Positions 30,076 to 41,458 are shown, numbered from the whole stretch's first letter. The stretch is 62,675 nt of DNA, filler included, from Theionarchaea archaeon (GCA_018992565.1; 7 parts of 7 records of this genome joined end to end with filler, not necessarily neighbours in it), one strand, 5' to 3'. Made by a program: numbers and translations. The notes: generated by a model not told the origin, from the sequence alone.

Positions 30076-31911
30076 ATGGTCAGTCTTCAGGTTACATTTC
30101 AACCTTCAGGAAAACGTCTCCTGGTGGAACCAGGGCACACGGTATTAGAAGCTGCGCACGCAGCAGGGATACAGTTGCGCGCTGAATGTGGGGGAAAAGG
30201 TCTGTGCGGGAAGTGTAAGGTGCAGGTATCTGGATATGAAGGATATACTGAAGAAGAAATGGAATTTTTCTCTCAGAATGAGTTGGCACGGGGATTTAGA
30301 TTAGCATGTCAGGCTATTGTAGATAAGAACCTTACTGTGTACATACCTGAAGGATCACTGGCCAGAAAACAGCGTATCCTGGTAGAAGGCGTCACCAGGA
30401 AAATTGTACTGGCCCCCAATGTGAAGAAAATCTTTCTCAAGCTCCCCGAACCCTCTCTGGAGGACAACAGGACAGATGTGGAGAGGTTGAGAGACTCGGT
30501 GGAGTATGATATTGGCTCTGTCAGCCTGGAAGCCCTGAATCAGATACCCGTAGCCATGAGAGACTCCAGATTTGAGGTCACTCTTGTGCTCCTGGGAAAT
30601 GAACTGGTCGGTTGCGAAAGGGGGGACACCAGTAACCGCTGTTTTGGAGTTGCTTTTGATGTTGGGACTACCACTGTGGTTGGCTATCTCATGGATTTGA
30701 ATACAGGAGAACAGCGTGCAGTCAAAGCCAGGATGAATCCTCAGATCAGCTATGGTGATGATGTTATTTCCAGGATCAACTTTGCCCAGAGCCCAGAAAA
30801 CCTGGAACGGCTGCGCAAGTCACTGCAGGACTGCCTCATGGGCATCGTTACTGAGCTCTCAGATGCAGCAGGGTTACGACGAGGAGAAGTCTATGAACTG
30901 GTGGTGGCGGGAAATGCCTGTATGCAGCACTTGCTCCTGGGAATTTCTCCCCGCAGCCTGGCTGTGTCTCCTTATATTCCGGTGGTGAAAGAGGCTCTGT
31001 CTTTTCCTTCCACCCTGTATGGAAAACGCATGTACGTTTTGCCCATGATAGCTGGGTTTGTAGGAGCAGATACTGTTGCAGATATTATTGCCCATCCTCT
31101 TGACAATCATCTGCGGCTGCTCATTGATATTGGAACAAACTGCGAGGTGGTCCTTGGAACAGCAGACAGGGTCTTAGCCTGCTCTACTGCTGCAGGTCCC
31201 GCCTTTGAAGGGACTCACATCAAGTATGGAATGCGGGCAGCACCTGGTGCAATTGAACGCGTGGAGATCAATGATGATGTGACAGTGCATACGATTGATG
31301 ATGAGCCCCCCCAGGGAATTGCAGGTTCTGGGCTGATCAGTGTCACAGCAGAGCTTCTCAGGCACGGCATCATTAACAGGGCAGGCAAACTGCAGCCAGG
31401 TGAGGAATTTTCGTCCCGGATGAGAAATGATTCCTTCGTGCTTGATGGCACTGTCGCGATTACTCAAAAGGACTTGAGAGAGATTCAGCTGGCCAAGGGA
31501 GCAATTTTTGCGGCTCAGAGGATTCTCCTGAAGACCTATGGAGTCACAGTTGAGGAGTTGGAGGAAATCTGCCTGGCAGGGGCTTTTGGCAACTACATTC
31601 CCAAGGAGGCAGCAAAAGACATTGGATTGATCTTTGATCTCCCTACAGAGAAGATCAAGAGTATAGGAAATGCAGCGGGGGTGGGGGCCACGCTGTGTTT
31701 ACTGTCGGTGAAAGAAAGGGAGAAGGCTCAGGCGATCTCTGAGACTGTGGAATACGTGGAACTCTCCTCAAGGAAGGATTTTCAGCAGGAATTCATGGAT
31801 GCCATGTTTTTCCCCCATTCCAACCTGGATCTGTTCCCTCTGGTGAGAGAAAGGCTTTCAAGAACGAGTACGTACTTCAGGCAGGAGTCCAGTCCTCTTG
31901 CAACCAAATAA
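30076..31911 (+). CDS. ASKHA-family ATP-dependent corrinoid reductive activator-like protein (RACo/RACE, DUF4445) with N-terminal 2Fe-2S domain
   Basis: CGGKGLCGKC...RLACQ, DVGTTT, DIGTN, AAGPAFEG and AGAFG. Confidence 0.88.
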   Translation: MVSLQVTFQPSGKRLLVEPGHTVLEAAHAAGIQLRAECGGKGLCGKCKVQVSGYEGYTEEEMEFFSQNELARGFRLACQAIVDKNLTVYIPEGSLARKQRILVEGVTRKIVLAPNVKKIFLKLPEPSLEDNRTDVERLRDSVEYDIGSVSLEALNQIPVAMRDSRFEVTLVLLGNELVGCERGDTSNRCFGVAFDVGTTTVVGYLMDLNTGEQRAVKARMNPQISYGDDVISRINFAQSPENLERLRKSLQDCLMGIVTELSDAAGLRRGEVYELVVAGNACMQHLLLGISPRSLAVSPYIPVVKEALSFPSTLYGKRMYVLPMIAGFVGADTVADIIAHPLDNHLRLLIDIGTNCEVVLGTADRVLACSTAAGPAFEGTHIKYGMRAAPGAIERVEINDDVTVHTIDDEPPQGIAGSGLISVTAELLRHGIINRAGKLQPGEEFSSRMRNDSFVLDGTVAITQKDLREIQLAKGAIFAAQRILLKTYGVTVEELEEICLAGAFGNYIPKEAAKDIGLIFDLPTEKIKSIGNAAGVGATLCLLSVKEREKAQAISETVEYVELSSRKDFQQEFMDAMFFPHSNLDLFPLVRERLSRTSTYFRQESSPLATK

Positions 31912-33441
31912 TCAGGCGTAGAGGAGAGCTTCCTCTTCAGCCTGACGTGATTCTATGAGTTCTTCCACTTTCTTGGGTGTCGGGAGGATCTTGTTCACCC
32001 AGAAGTAGTCCGAGATATCCTCCCTGTACTGCATGTAGTCTGGTGCAGGGTAGGTGAATGACTTCTTTTTTCTCTGGAGTGAGTAGATGATGGATTCCAC
32101 AACCCGGGACAGCTCTTCACTGCAGACCTGTTCAATGGAGTGGGCACTTCCGTCAGTACCTGCTATTTTCTGGGCAATCTGGTTCAAAGGAATCCTCATC
32201 CAGAGGTCCAGCTCCGGATATATTTTGGATAAAGAGGCATACCTTCGGAGAATCTCCATCTTGTTCTCAGAAAGGTATGCCCTGAAATGAGGTCTCCTGT
32301 ACTTTTTACGTACAGTGAGTGTTCCCAGTCCGAGATTGGAGGAGAGACGAGACACGTCCTGTAAGAATGACTCTGAACGTGATGTGATTTCAAACCCGCC
32401 ATTTGATTTGCTTGATAGGGAGATTATATGCAGGAGAAGCTGAGACTTCTCCTGCATCTGATCCACAGGACTCAGTGTGGACCATCTATCCGGTATTTTG
32501 GAGGGAATTCGAGCTGAGGAGCGCTTAAATCGTTCCAGCTCATAGTACGACTTGAGAATCATGGTAATTGCCGAGGGAACGCGCGCCGTGGAATCATCAA
32601 ATTCCCCGAACTTCTCATGAAGAGCTCCAAAGAGCCACTTCTTCTTCTTGGGGAATGTGTAAAGATGGTTTCTTGATAATTTCTGGAGGAGTTGAATCAA
32701 GATCTTATCCAGTTCTGAATCTACAACTATGGGAAGTTTATACTCTCCCTTATACGTGGGGCTGACTGGAATTCCCGGAGGGAGATGATATTTTGCAACA
32801 CTGTTCTTCTTGTCTACTATATCTGAGTCACTCAGGTCAATAAGCTTCTTCAATGCCCATACAGGCACATCTGTCCGGCCTGTTCTCCATCGATGCACTG
32901 CATCTGCCAGCGTATATGTACTGGTATATGTCTTGGCATATCCTCTCTTTGTGGGAGCTACTTCTGCAAATCCTTCCCACAAGAAGAATGACAATTCCAG
33001 TTCTTTGACCGAGATGCCGTACTTCCGCCTCAACCGGGCATCTTCTTCAAGCTTCACCAGGTTGCTCATTGATAACAACTTGAAAGCATCCTCTTTGAGA
33101 AAATACAAGCGATCCTTCTTTTCCAGAATATCCTGCTGGCTCAGCTCTTTCAGAAAGTGATAGACTGCGCTGGGACTCAATCCACTGATTCCAACTAGAT
33201 GAGAGGCAGATTGCGGACCTTCTGAGAGTATCTGGATGATTTTGCCCTTTTTCTTACCATACAACTCAGAAGAAAAGTCATCATCCTTTTCATACTTCCT
33301 CTTGATTTTTCCAACATTCTTCACAGCTTTTGAGAAGATATTCCTTCGAGCTGTCTGATCCAGTGTGACTCTAATGAACGGGGGGAAGTCCCCAACTCCA
33401 ATGTGCTCTTCAGTATATCCAAGTTCCATCATGACTATCAC
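31912..33441 (-). CDS. Hypothetical DNA-binding protein: winged HTH plus degenerate LAGLIDADG-like region
   Basis: ArsR-like LSEGPQSASHLVGISGLSPSAVYHFLKEL; DOD-like FEITSRSESFLQDVSRLSSNLGL. Confidence 0.55.
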   Translation of the reverse strand: MIVMMELGYTEEHIGVGDFPPFIRVTLDQTARRNIFSKAVKNVGKIKRKYEKDDDFSSELYGKKKGKIIQILSEGPQSASHLVGISGLSPSAVYHFLKELSQQDILEKKDRLYFLKEDAFKLLSMSNLVKLEEDARLRRKYGISVKELELSFFLWEGFAEVAPTKRGYAKTYTSTYTLADAVHRWRTGRTDVPVWALKKLIDLSDSDIVDKKNSVAKYHLPPGIPVSPTYKGEYKLPIVVDSELDKILIQLLQKLSRNHLYTFPKKKKWLFGALHEKFGEFDDSTARVPSAITMILKSYYELERFKRSSARIPSKIPDRWSTLSPVDQMQEKSQLLLHIISLSSKSNGGFEITSRSESFLQDVSRLSSNLGLGTLTVRKKYRRPHFRAYLSENKMEILRRYASLSKIYPELDLWMRIPLNQIAQKIAGTDGSAHSIEQVCSEELSRVVESIIYSLQRKKKSFTYPAPDYMQYREDISDYFWVNKILPTPKKVEELIESRQAEEEALLYA

Positions 33442-33570
33442 TTATTATCATTTCTAAAGTATTTACTGTGGAAATAGTATATATACTTTACGGTTTTGTA
33501 CAATAGGTATAATCAGAAACATGGGTTTGAATTATTGATCCAATAGGGGGTTACTGTATGAAGATATGTC

Positions 33571-34656
33571 CTACTGGGAACTGTAGTATGCTTCCGCCTG
33601 GGTTAGCCATTGATACCAGGAGGGTTTTGGAGTGCCGTCTGTCCTTCTCAGCCCCAGATAACACATGAAGTCGGCGAACCGTTCCATAGTGTTCTCGTCA
33701 AGAAGTATTTCTTCATTCACTCCCGTGACGAAGAATGCTGCACTTTCTCTGCATTCTTCTGGGGTGGAATCGTGAAGGGTAATCCACATGAGAAATTCAA
33801 TTCTGTCTCTATTCTGGGTTAGAATCTCGAAGAGCTTTGTGATGTACTGGGCTTGAGCCTCTTCTGAGCTCTCCAGGGTGGGAGAAGAGCTCCAGGAGGT
33901 TTCCACAACTGCAATCTTCCTGGTGCCTGCAAGGGTAATCATCGCGTCAAAGTAGGCGGTCGTATCCTCCACACGTTCTCCAAAAGAGAAGGCGTCACCT
34001 GTGGGATACAGGGTATAGAAGACCATGTCACCTGCTATGACGTCTCGAGCAATGTCTTCCGTCCTGGACTGGACTACTGAGTGGATAGCAAGTTCTGTCC
34101 CTACAGGAATGCTACTTACACGGGCCACAGCTTCCACGAGTGCCTTGAAACCGGCAATGTGCTCAGGATGCTGCGACAGATATATGTCCACCTCATTTCC
34201 GATAACCAGGTATCGGATGGTGGACCCGTAGCGCTCCAGCAGCAGTTCTGAGAACGCAACAAATCTGCTGACAAGGTCTGGGTCTTGAAACCCTGTGAAC
34301 GTGATGTCTGAAGGCATAACGTCCAGTTTGGTGGTAAAAATGAGAGGGATGACCACCACAGCTTCAAACCCATATTTCTTGAACTTCCCCAGAACGTAGT
34401 CAGGTATTATCCAGTCGTATTCGTCTCTTGATTTTTCTACCAATCCCCACTGGATATACAGGTGGGCGATTTGGACGTGTGCCTCCCTGGCCAGGTTCAA
34501 GGCTTCATCGTAGTGATCCATGTCCGCTTCTCTGGGGGTTATCCACATTCCAAGCTTCCCAGTAGTCACGCGAACTGGTTGTTGGGTGGGCTGTTCTTCA
34601 CATCCCAGTGTCAGAACGAGAGCGATCAGAACACAGGGGAGGAGTATCTGTCTCAT
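33571..34656 (-). CDS. Lipoprotein with clan GH-A glycoside hydrolase fold
   Basis: Lipobox TLGC, acid/base IGNEVD, nucleophile VVETSW and LGL...DGTPKP. Confidence 0.7.
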   Translation of the reverse strand: MRQILLPCVLIALVLTLGCEEQPTQQPVRVTTGKLGMWITPREADMDHYDEALNLAREAHVQIAHLYIQWGLVEKSRDEYDWIIPDYVLGKFKKYGFEAVVVIPLIFTTKLDVMPSDITFTGFQDPDLVSRFVAFSELLLERYGSTIRYLVIGNEVDIYLSQHPEHIAGFKALVEAVARVSSIPVGTELAIHSVVQSRTEDIARDVIAGDMVFYTLYPTGDAFSFGERVEDTTAYFDAMITLAGTRKIAVVETSWSSSPTLESSEEAQAQYITKLFEILTQNRDRIEFLMWITLHDSTPEECRESAAFFVTGVNEEILLDENTMERFADFMCYLGLRRTDGTPKPSWYQWLTQAEAYYSSQ

Positions 34657-34796
34657 GGTGTGGCTTCTCCTGATGCTTTATAGGGGTTTGGTCAGATGGT
34701 CTCAGAATCTCGTATCCAGACCTGTTGGAGGCCATACATGGGTAGACAGCTTCTATCTGGTTCCCGAAACATGTATTTAAGCTTCCAATCATAGAG

Positions 34797-35012
34797 ATGT
34801 TTATGTCATGCTATTTCAGACATATGTCAGATGTTTTCCAGAAAGCTGGTGTTGTCATCACCAAGGAGAACAAAAAAGATGTTGACAGGGCGCTTCATTC
34901 TCTGGTGGGTGTAGAATATAAAGACTGCAGTTCAACCTGGAGGGAGCTCAAGATATTGCTCCAGGACGAGGAAGGGAAAGAGAGAGTGATCAAAACCATC
35001 AGAGGACTCTAA
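34797..35012 (+). CDS. Small hypothetical protein
   Basis: 71-aa ORF with a TATA box upstream and an SCYFRH...C pattern. Confidence 0.6.
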   Translation: MFMSCYFRHMSDVFQKAGVVITKENKKDVDRALHSLVGVEYKDCSSTWRELKILLQDEEGKERVIKTIRGL

Positions 35013-35156
35013 GGGCCAGAGTCAAGTCCTAGCTTCTTTAAGATATGAGGGCACACTATGCCGAAATTGATGGCTTTGCTACGTTTCATTGTGACTACCG
35101 TAAGGAAGGGCAATGTTTTTATTCTCCATGTTCCATAATACCCTGAGGGAAAGTGT

Positions 35157-36095
35157 ATGGCTGAGCTTTTATTGGGATCAGAGGAACAATTGGTAATGTC
35201 GTCACATGCAAAATTCTCTGAATACAAGATTTTTGGTCACTTTAACACAGGTGATGCCTTCCTTACCAACAGACGGTTTGTCTTTACAGGTAGAGTCGAG
35301 ATTAAGACATGGTTTCATCTTATCTCTGTTGCAGCAGGGAAGAGCAGGAAGTATTTTGAGATTCCTACTTCTACACTGAGAGAGGTCAAGAAGAAGCGGC
35401 TAGAAAACACCATCGTGGTGGAATATAAAGAAGGGGCCAAAACCAGAAAGGCCTTGCTGAAGCCACAAGAAACTCCTTATCTCGATGTCATAGCGGGACT
35501 TGGGCTGGGACTTCTGGGCGGCGAGATTGGAGAGAAAATAGGAGGATCTCTTTCAGGCAAGTTCGGTGACCTGGTGGGGGGAATGATCGGCGGGCAGGCA
35601 GGAGGCAAGGCAGGAGAAATGTCAGGAGAGACAGTGAAGGAAATAGAAGGAAAGACTCTGTCCAGAACATGGCTGGATGCATTTAACCAAGTCATGCATC
35701 ATCAGGATCACTGGATGCCCAGTACTGTTCCTGCCCCGGGCACAGATTATGTGCAAAAAGAGAAATCTGACACTGACTCCGCCTCTGCTCGTTCTGGAAT
35801 ATATGAGCAATTTTTCAACCGAATGAGACATATCTTTTCTGTTTCTACTGGCAATCCACCAAGGATGGAGGTTGTTACAATTGGGCAGATTTTTGAGGAA
35901 GAGCTGGGAAAGGATTTTGCGAACTTTGAGATACCTGTTCGACGGGTCACGTATCTGAAAGAATTGATGGATACTATTGAGAATGCCAGAAATCCCATCG
36001 ACAGAGAGATATTCTCTGAGCAGCTGAGATTGTATCTCCAGCAGTTAAAAAGAGAACGAGATCTTTTTTTGAGAAAGAAAGACCAGGGCAGCTGA
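35157..36095 (+). CDS. Hypothetical protein with PH/GRAM-like N-terminus and glycine-zipper segment
   Basis: GDAFLTNRRFVF and GxxxG repeats GLGLGLLGGEIGEKIGGSLSGKFGDLVGGMIGGQAGG. Confidence 0.6.
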   Translation: MAELLLGSEEQLVMSSHAKFSEYKIFGHFNTGDAFLTNRRFVFTGRVEIKTWFHLISVAAGKSRKYFEIPTSTLREVKKKRLENTIVVEYKEGAKTRKALLKPQETPYLDVIAGLGLGLLGGEIGEKIGGSLSGKFGDLVGGMIGGQAGGKAGEMSGETVKEIEGKTLSRTWLDAFNQVMHHQDHWMPSTVPAPGTDYVQKEKSDTDSASARSGIYEQFFNRMRHIFSVSTGNPPRMEVVTIGQIFEEELGKDFANFEIPVRRVTYLKELMDTIENARNPIDREIFSEQLRLYLQQLKRERDLFLRKKDQGS

Positions 36096-36108
36096 ATCAT
36101 CACCTGTC

Positions 36109-36217
36109 CTATCGGTGAGCGAAACACACAGTGATCTCTTCCCCTCGTTTGTCAATTCTGCAAAATCCGAACCGTTCAAATTGTATAATCTCTCCCTCGG
36201 GAAGCTCACCTACTGCC
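36109..36217 (-). CDS. gltX: Glutamate--tRNA ligase, C-terminal fragment
   Basis: GEIIQFERFGFCRIDKRGEEITVCFAHR*, an archaeal GluRS C-terminus. Confidence 0.85.
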
Positions 36218-36317
36218 NNNNNNNNNNNNNNNNNNNNNNNNNNNNNNNNNNNNNNNNNNNNTTAATTAATTAANNNNNNNNNNNNNNNNNNNNNNNNNNN
36301 NNNNNNNNNNNNNNNNN

Positions 36318-36628
36318 TTGAGCCCGCAGGCAACACTCATTGCTCCCTGACGCAAAGCAGCCCCTCCGGAAGCTGCTGCAGCCTCAACCCTCACTGCCTC
36401 AATACCATCAAATCCACAATAGTCGCTGATGAGAGCTCCCAGGTGCTCCTGCCCTGACAATTCACCCGCCAGCATATTCCCGACGTACAGTGCATCAACG
36501 CTGTCTACCCCAGCATCATGCACTGCCTCCTTAATTGACTGATACGCCAGATCACGCAGTGAGGTCTCCCAGTGTTCACGCACCGCAACCTCTCCCACTC
36601 CTGCAATGACCACCTCTCTCGTATTCAT
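36318..36628 (-). CDS. Acetoacetyl-CoA thiolase, N-terminal fragment
   Basis: VVIAGVG, LYVGN and [11 protein letters not shown]; directly downstream of HMG-CoA synthase. Confidence 0.85.
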
Positions 36629-37671
36629 TTTATCACCAGGGCTTGTGTGTACTTGAGATAGAGAGCATAGTCAACTTCCTTTCTCCTCTCGATGTAGACA
36701 GAAACATGAGGAGCTCTCATTCTTCGTTCCTCAATGGCATCAGTAACCATGAAGGAAAAAGCATCACTCCCCGCCCCGCTTCCATAGGAAACGCATAGAA
36801 TCCGGTCTCCGGGTGCAGCTACATCCAGGGTCGCCGCCAGCCCCAACACTGAGCAGCCTGAGTACGTATTCCCAATATAAGGAGCAATTAATCCGGGTTT
36901 GACTTTTTCTGGAGGAAATTTCAACATCTTGGCTGCTGTCAACGGGAACTTGGTGTTGGGCTGATGAAAGACCACGTACTGGTAGTCATCTGGTGTATGT
37001 CCCAGATCCTCCATCAATTCAGTTGCTGCATGAATTACATGGTGGAAATAGGCGGGCTCTCCTGTAAACCGGGAACCATGCACCGGGTAGCGGTTGCTCT
37101 CTCGTCTGAAAAAGTCGGGAGTGTCAGATGCGTACGAATGAGATGCTTCCAGGACGGCCAGGCTCTCTTCCCCTTTCCCTATGAGAAAGGCAGCCCCTCC
37201 CGCAGCTGCTGTATACTCCAGAGGATCTGCAGGCCTTCCCTGCGCGGTATCAATACCCAGAGCCAGAGCGTACAATCCCATGCCTGATGCCACTAAAGCA
37301 AAACACGCCTGCATGGCTTCTGTTCCTGCTTTACAGGCAAATTCCCAGTCTGCTGCATCTACATGGGGAGTGGCCCCAATTGCTTCAGCAATAATACTGG
37401 AAGATGGCTTTACTGCGTACGGCTTGGATTCAGATCCTGCCCACACTGCAGCTATCTTCTCTGGCGGAATCTGGGCTCTCTTCAAGGCATTCTGAGCGGC
37501 TTCTATTCCGATAGTGACTGCATCTTCATCAAGGCCTGGAACAGATTTCTCCTGGACAGGAACGGCACTGGTATCCTGTCCCCAGACTCTGGCAATCTCA
37601 CAACCTCTTATCCTGTACCGTGGAATATATGCGCCGTATCCCACGATGCCTGTATGCTGATTCGGTTTCAT
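36625..37671 (-). CDS. Hydroxymethylglutaryl-CoA synthase (archaeal)
   Basis: [32 protein letters not shown] and SYGSGAGSD. Confidence 0.95.
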   Translation of the reverse strand: MKPNQHTGIVGYGAYIPRYRIRGCEIARVWGQDTSAVPVQEKSVPGLDEDAVTIGIEAAQNALKRAQIPPEKIAAVWAGSESKPYAVKPSSSIIAEAIGATPHVDAADWEFACKAGTEAMQACFALVASGMGLYALALGIDTAQGRPADPLEYTAAAGGAAFLIGKGEESLAVLEASHSYASDTPDFFRRESNRYPVHGSRFTGEPAYFHHVIHAATELMEDLGHTPDDYQYVVFHQPNTKFPLTAAKMLKFPPEKVKPGLIAPYIGNTYSGCSVLGLAATLDVAAPGDRILCVSYGSGAGSDAFSFMVTDAIEERRMRAPHVSVYIERRKEVDYALYLKYTQALVIK

Positions 37672-37804
37672 ATCGTCACCAAACACAATCTCCATGAACA
37701 TACCTGACCATCCATATAAATATTACGGTGATTAACTAACCAGAATACGACAATAGTCTATAATCCTCGTTGTATTCTATGACGATAAAATGGTGAACCC
37801 CAGG

Positions 37805-38521
37805 CTACATGGGGAGGGAACGCAGTCCTCGAATCATGGTATCCACAGAATCTGCTTTAGAAAGAATGAGTGGAATACGCTCCACCTCCGCAAGCCTGAT
37901 CGCCACAGGATCATCAATGGTCGAGGGGCCATGGAGGATAATGAGAGCTGGTCTCAGCCCCTTCACTCTGATGGCGATCATGGGAGACCTGCCTCGAGAG
38001 ACTTGAGTGAAAACCAGGGCACGCTCCGTGGTCCAGCCATATAGCTTGGTAAATTCATCAGATGTCATTTCAGAAATACATCTGATGCTGTCTATGACTG
38101 TATAGCCAAAGATTTCCCGTTCCATCAACTGCTCATTCACAATAATGTCTCCCTGAACTGCTTCCTGAACCATACGCGCGTTTATGGGAACTGCAAACTC
38201 ACGCATATCAATGATAACCTCAGTGGAAAGCTCGGTATCCATCATCCTGCTGAAAGCATGGATAACATGACCTCCATTGAGCTCATCCAGGTCAATCAGC
38301 CCTTCCACAATTTTCTTGATGGTGGAAGAACCGGGTGATTTCCTCCTGCCCCCTTCATAATCGCTGATGACAGATGATGAGATATTGAGATGGTCTGCCA
38401 GCTGGGTCTGGGTGATACCGAAGACTTCACGCCATTTCTTCATGGTTTTCCCCGGATCTTCAGAAAGCGTAATTTCACCAGCCATCCGTTTGGCAAGCCT
38501 CTCTTTGTAGTCATCAATCAT
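37805..38521 (-). CDS. XRE-HTH transcriptional regulator (COG1709-like)
   Basis: MAGEITLSEDPGKTMKKWREVFGITQ...ISDYEGGRRKSPG and GRSPMIAIRV. Confidence 0.88.
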   Translation of the reverse strand: MIDDYKERLAKRMAGEITLSEDPGKTMKKWREVFGITQTQLADHLNISSSVISDYEGGRRKSPGSSTIKKIVEGLIDLDELNGGHVIHAFSRMMDTELSTEVIIDMREFAVPINARMVQEAVQGDIIVNEQLMEREIFGYTVIDSIRCISEMTSDEFTKLYGWTTERALVFTQVSRGRSPMIAIRVKGLRPALIILHGPSTIDDPVAIRLAEVERIPLILSKADSVDTMIRGLRSLPM

Positions 38522-38718
38522 GTGTGGTAGTCTCTCTCAAATCCTATTTAAGGCTTTCGGCTTTTGCTATAGACGGCAAAGACAACTGATTGAATAACCT
38601 CACTGAGAATGCCTCGCCTATAGTGGAGTGCTGTGAGGTCTGGGAGAAGAGAAGACACGAGGGTCCATCTGAATCGAAAGAGATAAAACAGGATGAGGAG
38701 AACACGAGGTGTGGTATT

Positions 38719-39597
38719 ATGTTGAAAAACGTGCTGGATGTATATGAAGTGCTGGATAATCCTGAAGTGACAGGGGAAGATGTGGCAGGTCTTTTTTCAA
38801 CGGCCGAGGTTGAGACAGTCACTGAACAGAAATCTACTGATTTTGTGAGTATCGAATTTGGATCTGGTTCTCCCACCCTGGGTATTGTTGGCCAACTGGG
38901 CGGTATAGGGGCTGAAGAGCGGACAGGGTTGGTATCAGACGCTGAAGGTGCACTGACTGCACTCGCCTGTGCGCTGCAGCTGGAGAAAGTCCCGGTAGAG
39001 GGACGTGTCATTGTCACCACCCACATATGCCCAAGAGCACCCATCATCCCCCATGACCTGGTGGATTTCATGGGGTCCCCCCTTACTGTGGGTACTATGA
39101 TGGAACATCTCCTGGACGAGAGGATGGATGCTGTTCTGTCCGTGGACACCACGAGAGGAAACAGGATCATCAATTACAGGGGATTTGCACTTTCTCCCAC
39201 TGTGAAGGAAGGATGGATTCTACGGGTCAGCGAGGACCTGCTGGACATCCAGGAGAGGGTAACAGGAAGGCACCCTGTTGTATTTCCCATCACCATGCAG
39301 GATATTACTCCATATTCCAGTGAGGTGTACCATCTCAATGCCATAATGCAGCCCTGTACCAAGACGAAGGCCCCTGTGGTTGGTGTGGGCATCACATCTG
39401 AAGTTGTAGTCCCGGGGTGTGCCACGGGAGCCAATCAGTTGCTTGATGTTGAAGCTGCTGCCAGGTTCTGCGTGGAGGTGGCAAAGGAATATACAAGAGG
39501 AGCGTGTTCGTTTTACAGTGCAGAGGAATTCGAGAAGTTGAAAAAGATATATGGAACGATGGATCACCTTCAGCAGGCATTCAACATTCAGAACTGA
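38719..39597 (+). CDS. DUF1177 family protein
   Basis: PTLGIVGQLGGIGA, GLVSDAEG, SVDTTRGNRI and VPGCATGA. Confidence 0.85.
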   Translation: MLKNVLDVYEVLDNPEVTGEDVAGLFSTAEVETVTEQKSTDFVSIEFGSGSPTLGIVGQLGGIGAEERTGLVSDAEGALTALACALQLEKVPVEGRVIVTTHICPRAPIIPHDLVDFMGSPLTVGTMMEHLLDERMDAVLSVDTTRGNRIINYRGFALSPTVKEGWILRVSEDLLDIQERVTGRHPVVFPITMQDITPYSSEVYHLNAIMQPCTKTKAPVVGVGITSEVVVPGCATGANQLLDVEAAARFCVEVAKEYTRGACSFYSAEEFEKLKKIYGTMDHLQQAFNIQN

Positions 39598-39844
39598 TGG
39601 AAGGTGCGTCAGGTTCTGTTCCCGAAAAGAAAATTAGTTAGTGATCTTCTGAATGGAGGTTCGGTCTCATGCACGCTGCGACCAGAAGAATTCCAGGGTC
39701 TGGATTCTTCTTACAGACATACTACATGTGGCACATCTTCTCTGCTCCTGCAGAGCACAGGTAACAGCCGCGAAAGAACAGAATACTATTGTATAGACTA
39801 ACAACGCAGATTCATGAAACAACTAGAAATGAGAATTGAGTAGT

Positions 39845-40156
39845 TTAGGAAATCAACTCGATCTCGATATTCACACCCTCAGGTACTCGAACCCTCATGA
39901 TCTGCCTCATGGTTCTCTCATCGGCGTCGATCTCTATCAGTCGCTTGTGAATGCGCATTTCCCAGCGCTCCCATGTTGCAGTACCCTCACCATCTGGGGA
40001 TTTCCGAGTAGGGACCCTCAATTTCTTGGTGGGAAGGGGAATGGGCCCTGAGAGGTCCACCCCAGTCTTTTCTGCAATCTTCTTCACCTGGTCGCAGACG
40101 TCATTGAGTTTCCGCGGTTCAGTACCTGCAAGGCGTATTCTGGCTTTCTGCACCAT
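39845..40156 (-). CDS. rpsJ: 30S ribosomal protein S10
   Basis: [10 protein letters not shown] and [24 protein letters not shown]. Confidence 0.98.
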   Translation of the reverse strand: MVQKARIRLAGTEPRKLNDVCDQVKKIAEKTGVDLSGPIPLPTKKLRVPTRKSPDGEGTATWERWEMRIHKRLIEIDADERTMRQIMRVRVPEGVNIEIELIS

Positions 40157-40165
40157 GATCCTCTC

Positions 40166-41458
40166 TTAGCTTGCTTTGTGAATGGCAACACACACACCGA
40201 CAGCCACAGTCTGACCCATGTCTCGGATAGCGAATCGACCCATTTGAGGTATCTCCTTGAATACCTCCACAACCATGGGTTTAGTTGGTCTAATCTCCAC
40301 CAGAGCAGCATCACCTGTCTTCAAGAAGCTGGGATTCTCTTCCTGGACTCCACCCGTCCTGGGGTCGAGCTTGGCAGCCAGCTGTTCGAATGTGCAGGCG
40401 ACCTGGGCTGTGTGGGAGTGAAACACAGGCGTATATCCTGCTGTGATAGCTGTGGGATGCCTGATAACCTGTATCTGAGCTCTGAAGCTGTCTTTTGGCC
40501 TGACAACGCTGGGAGGTGCATCTGCATGTCCGACTACATCTCCTCGTCTGATATCCTGTTTTCCGACTCCTCTCACATTGAATCCGACATTGTCACCGGG
40601 AGTTGCCTCCGGCAGAGACACGTGGTGCATTTCAATTGACTTCACTTCACCAGAGATAGGCTTACTGAGAATCGTAGTGGCAGGTTCGAAAGTCACGATT
40701 TCTCCTACTTTCATGACACCTGTCTCCACGCGGCCCACAGGCACTGTACCCACTCCCTTGATGGTGAATACATCCTGCACCGGCAGTCTCAGAGGCTTAT
40801 CAATTGGTTTATCTGGTGGTTTCAACTTGTCAAGTGCCTGTAACATGGTGTCTCCCTTATACCAGGACATCTTGTCAGATGATTTGATCACATTGTCTCC
40901 ATTGAAGGCAGAGGTTGGAATAAAAGGCGTTTTTTCAGGATCGTATCCAATACGCTTCAGAAGCTTGGATAGCTCTTCTTCTAATTCCTCACACTTCTTC
41001 TGGTCATAGTTGACCAGATCCATCTTGTTAATACACACTATCAACTGGGTGATTCCCAGTGTCTTGGCCAGAAATCCGTGCTCAATGGTCTGGGGCATGA
41101 TACCGTCTTTGACATCCACGACAAGCACAGCAGCATCAGCCTGAGAAGCTCCGGTAATCATGTTCTTGACGAAGTCCCTGTGACCTGGACAATCCACAAT
41201 GGTAATATAGTTGTGGTCAGTTTCGAACTTCTTGTGAGCCAGGTCAATGGTAACACCTCGCTCACGCTCCTCTTTGAGATTGTCCATGACCCATGCAAAC
41301 TTGAATGTCTTCCCCTTTTCACCCATCTCCTCGAACTTCTTGATCAGGGCTTCTCGGACATCTCCATGCTCAAACATCATTCTTCCAATGAGCGTGGACT
41401 TTCCGTGATCGACATGTCCAATGAACGCCACGTTCAGGTGGGGTTTATCTTCAGCCAT
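40166..41458 (-). CDS. tuf: Translation elongation factor EF-1alpha
   Basis: [21 protein letters not shown] and [11 protein letters not shown]. Confidence 0.98.
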   Translation of the reverse strand: MAEDKPHLNVAFIGHVDHGKSTLIGRMMFEHGDVREALIKKFEEMGEKGKTFKFAWVMDNLKEERERGVTIDLAHKKFETDHNYITIVDCPGHRDFVKNMITGASQADAAVLVVDVKDGIMPQTIEHGFLAKTLGITQLIVCINKMDLVNYDQKKCEELEEELSKLLKRIGYDPEKTPFIPTSAFNGDNVIKSSDKMSWYKGDTMLQALDKLKPPDKPIDKPLRLPVQDVFTIKGVGTVPVGRVETGVMKVGEIVTFEPATTILSKPISGEVKSIEMHHVSLPEATPGDNVGFNVRGVGKQDIRRGDVVGHADAPPSVVRPKDSFRAQIQVIRHPTAITAGYTPVFHSHTAQVACTFEQLAAKLDPRTGGVQEENPSFLKTGDAALVEIRPTKPMVVEVFKEIPQMGRFAIRDMGQTVAVGVCVAIHKAS

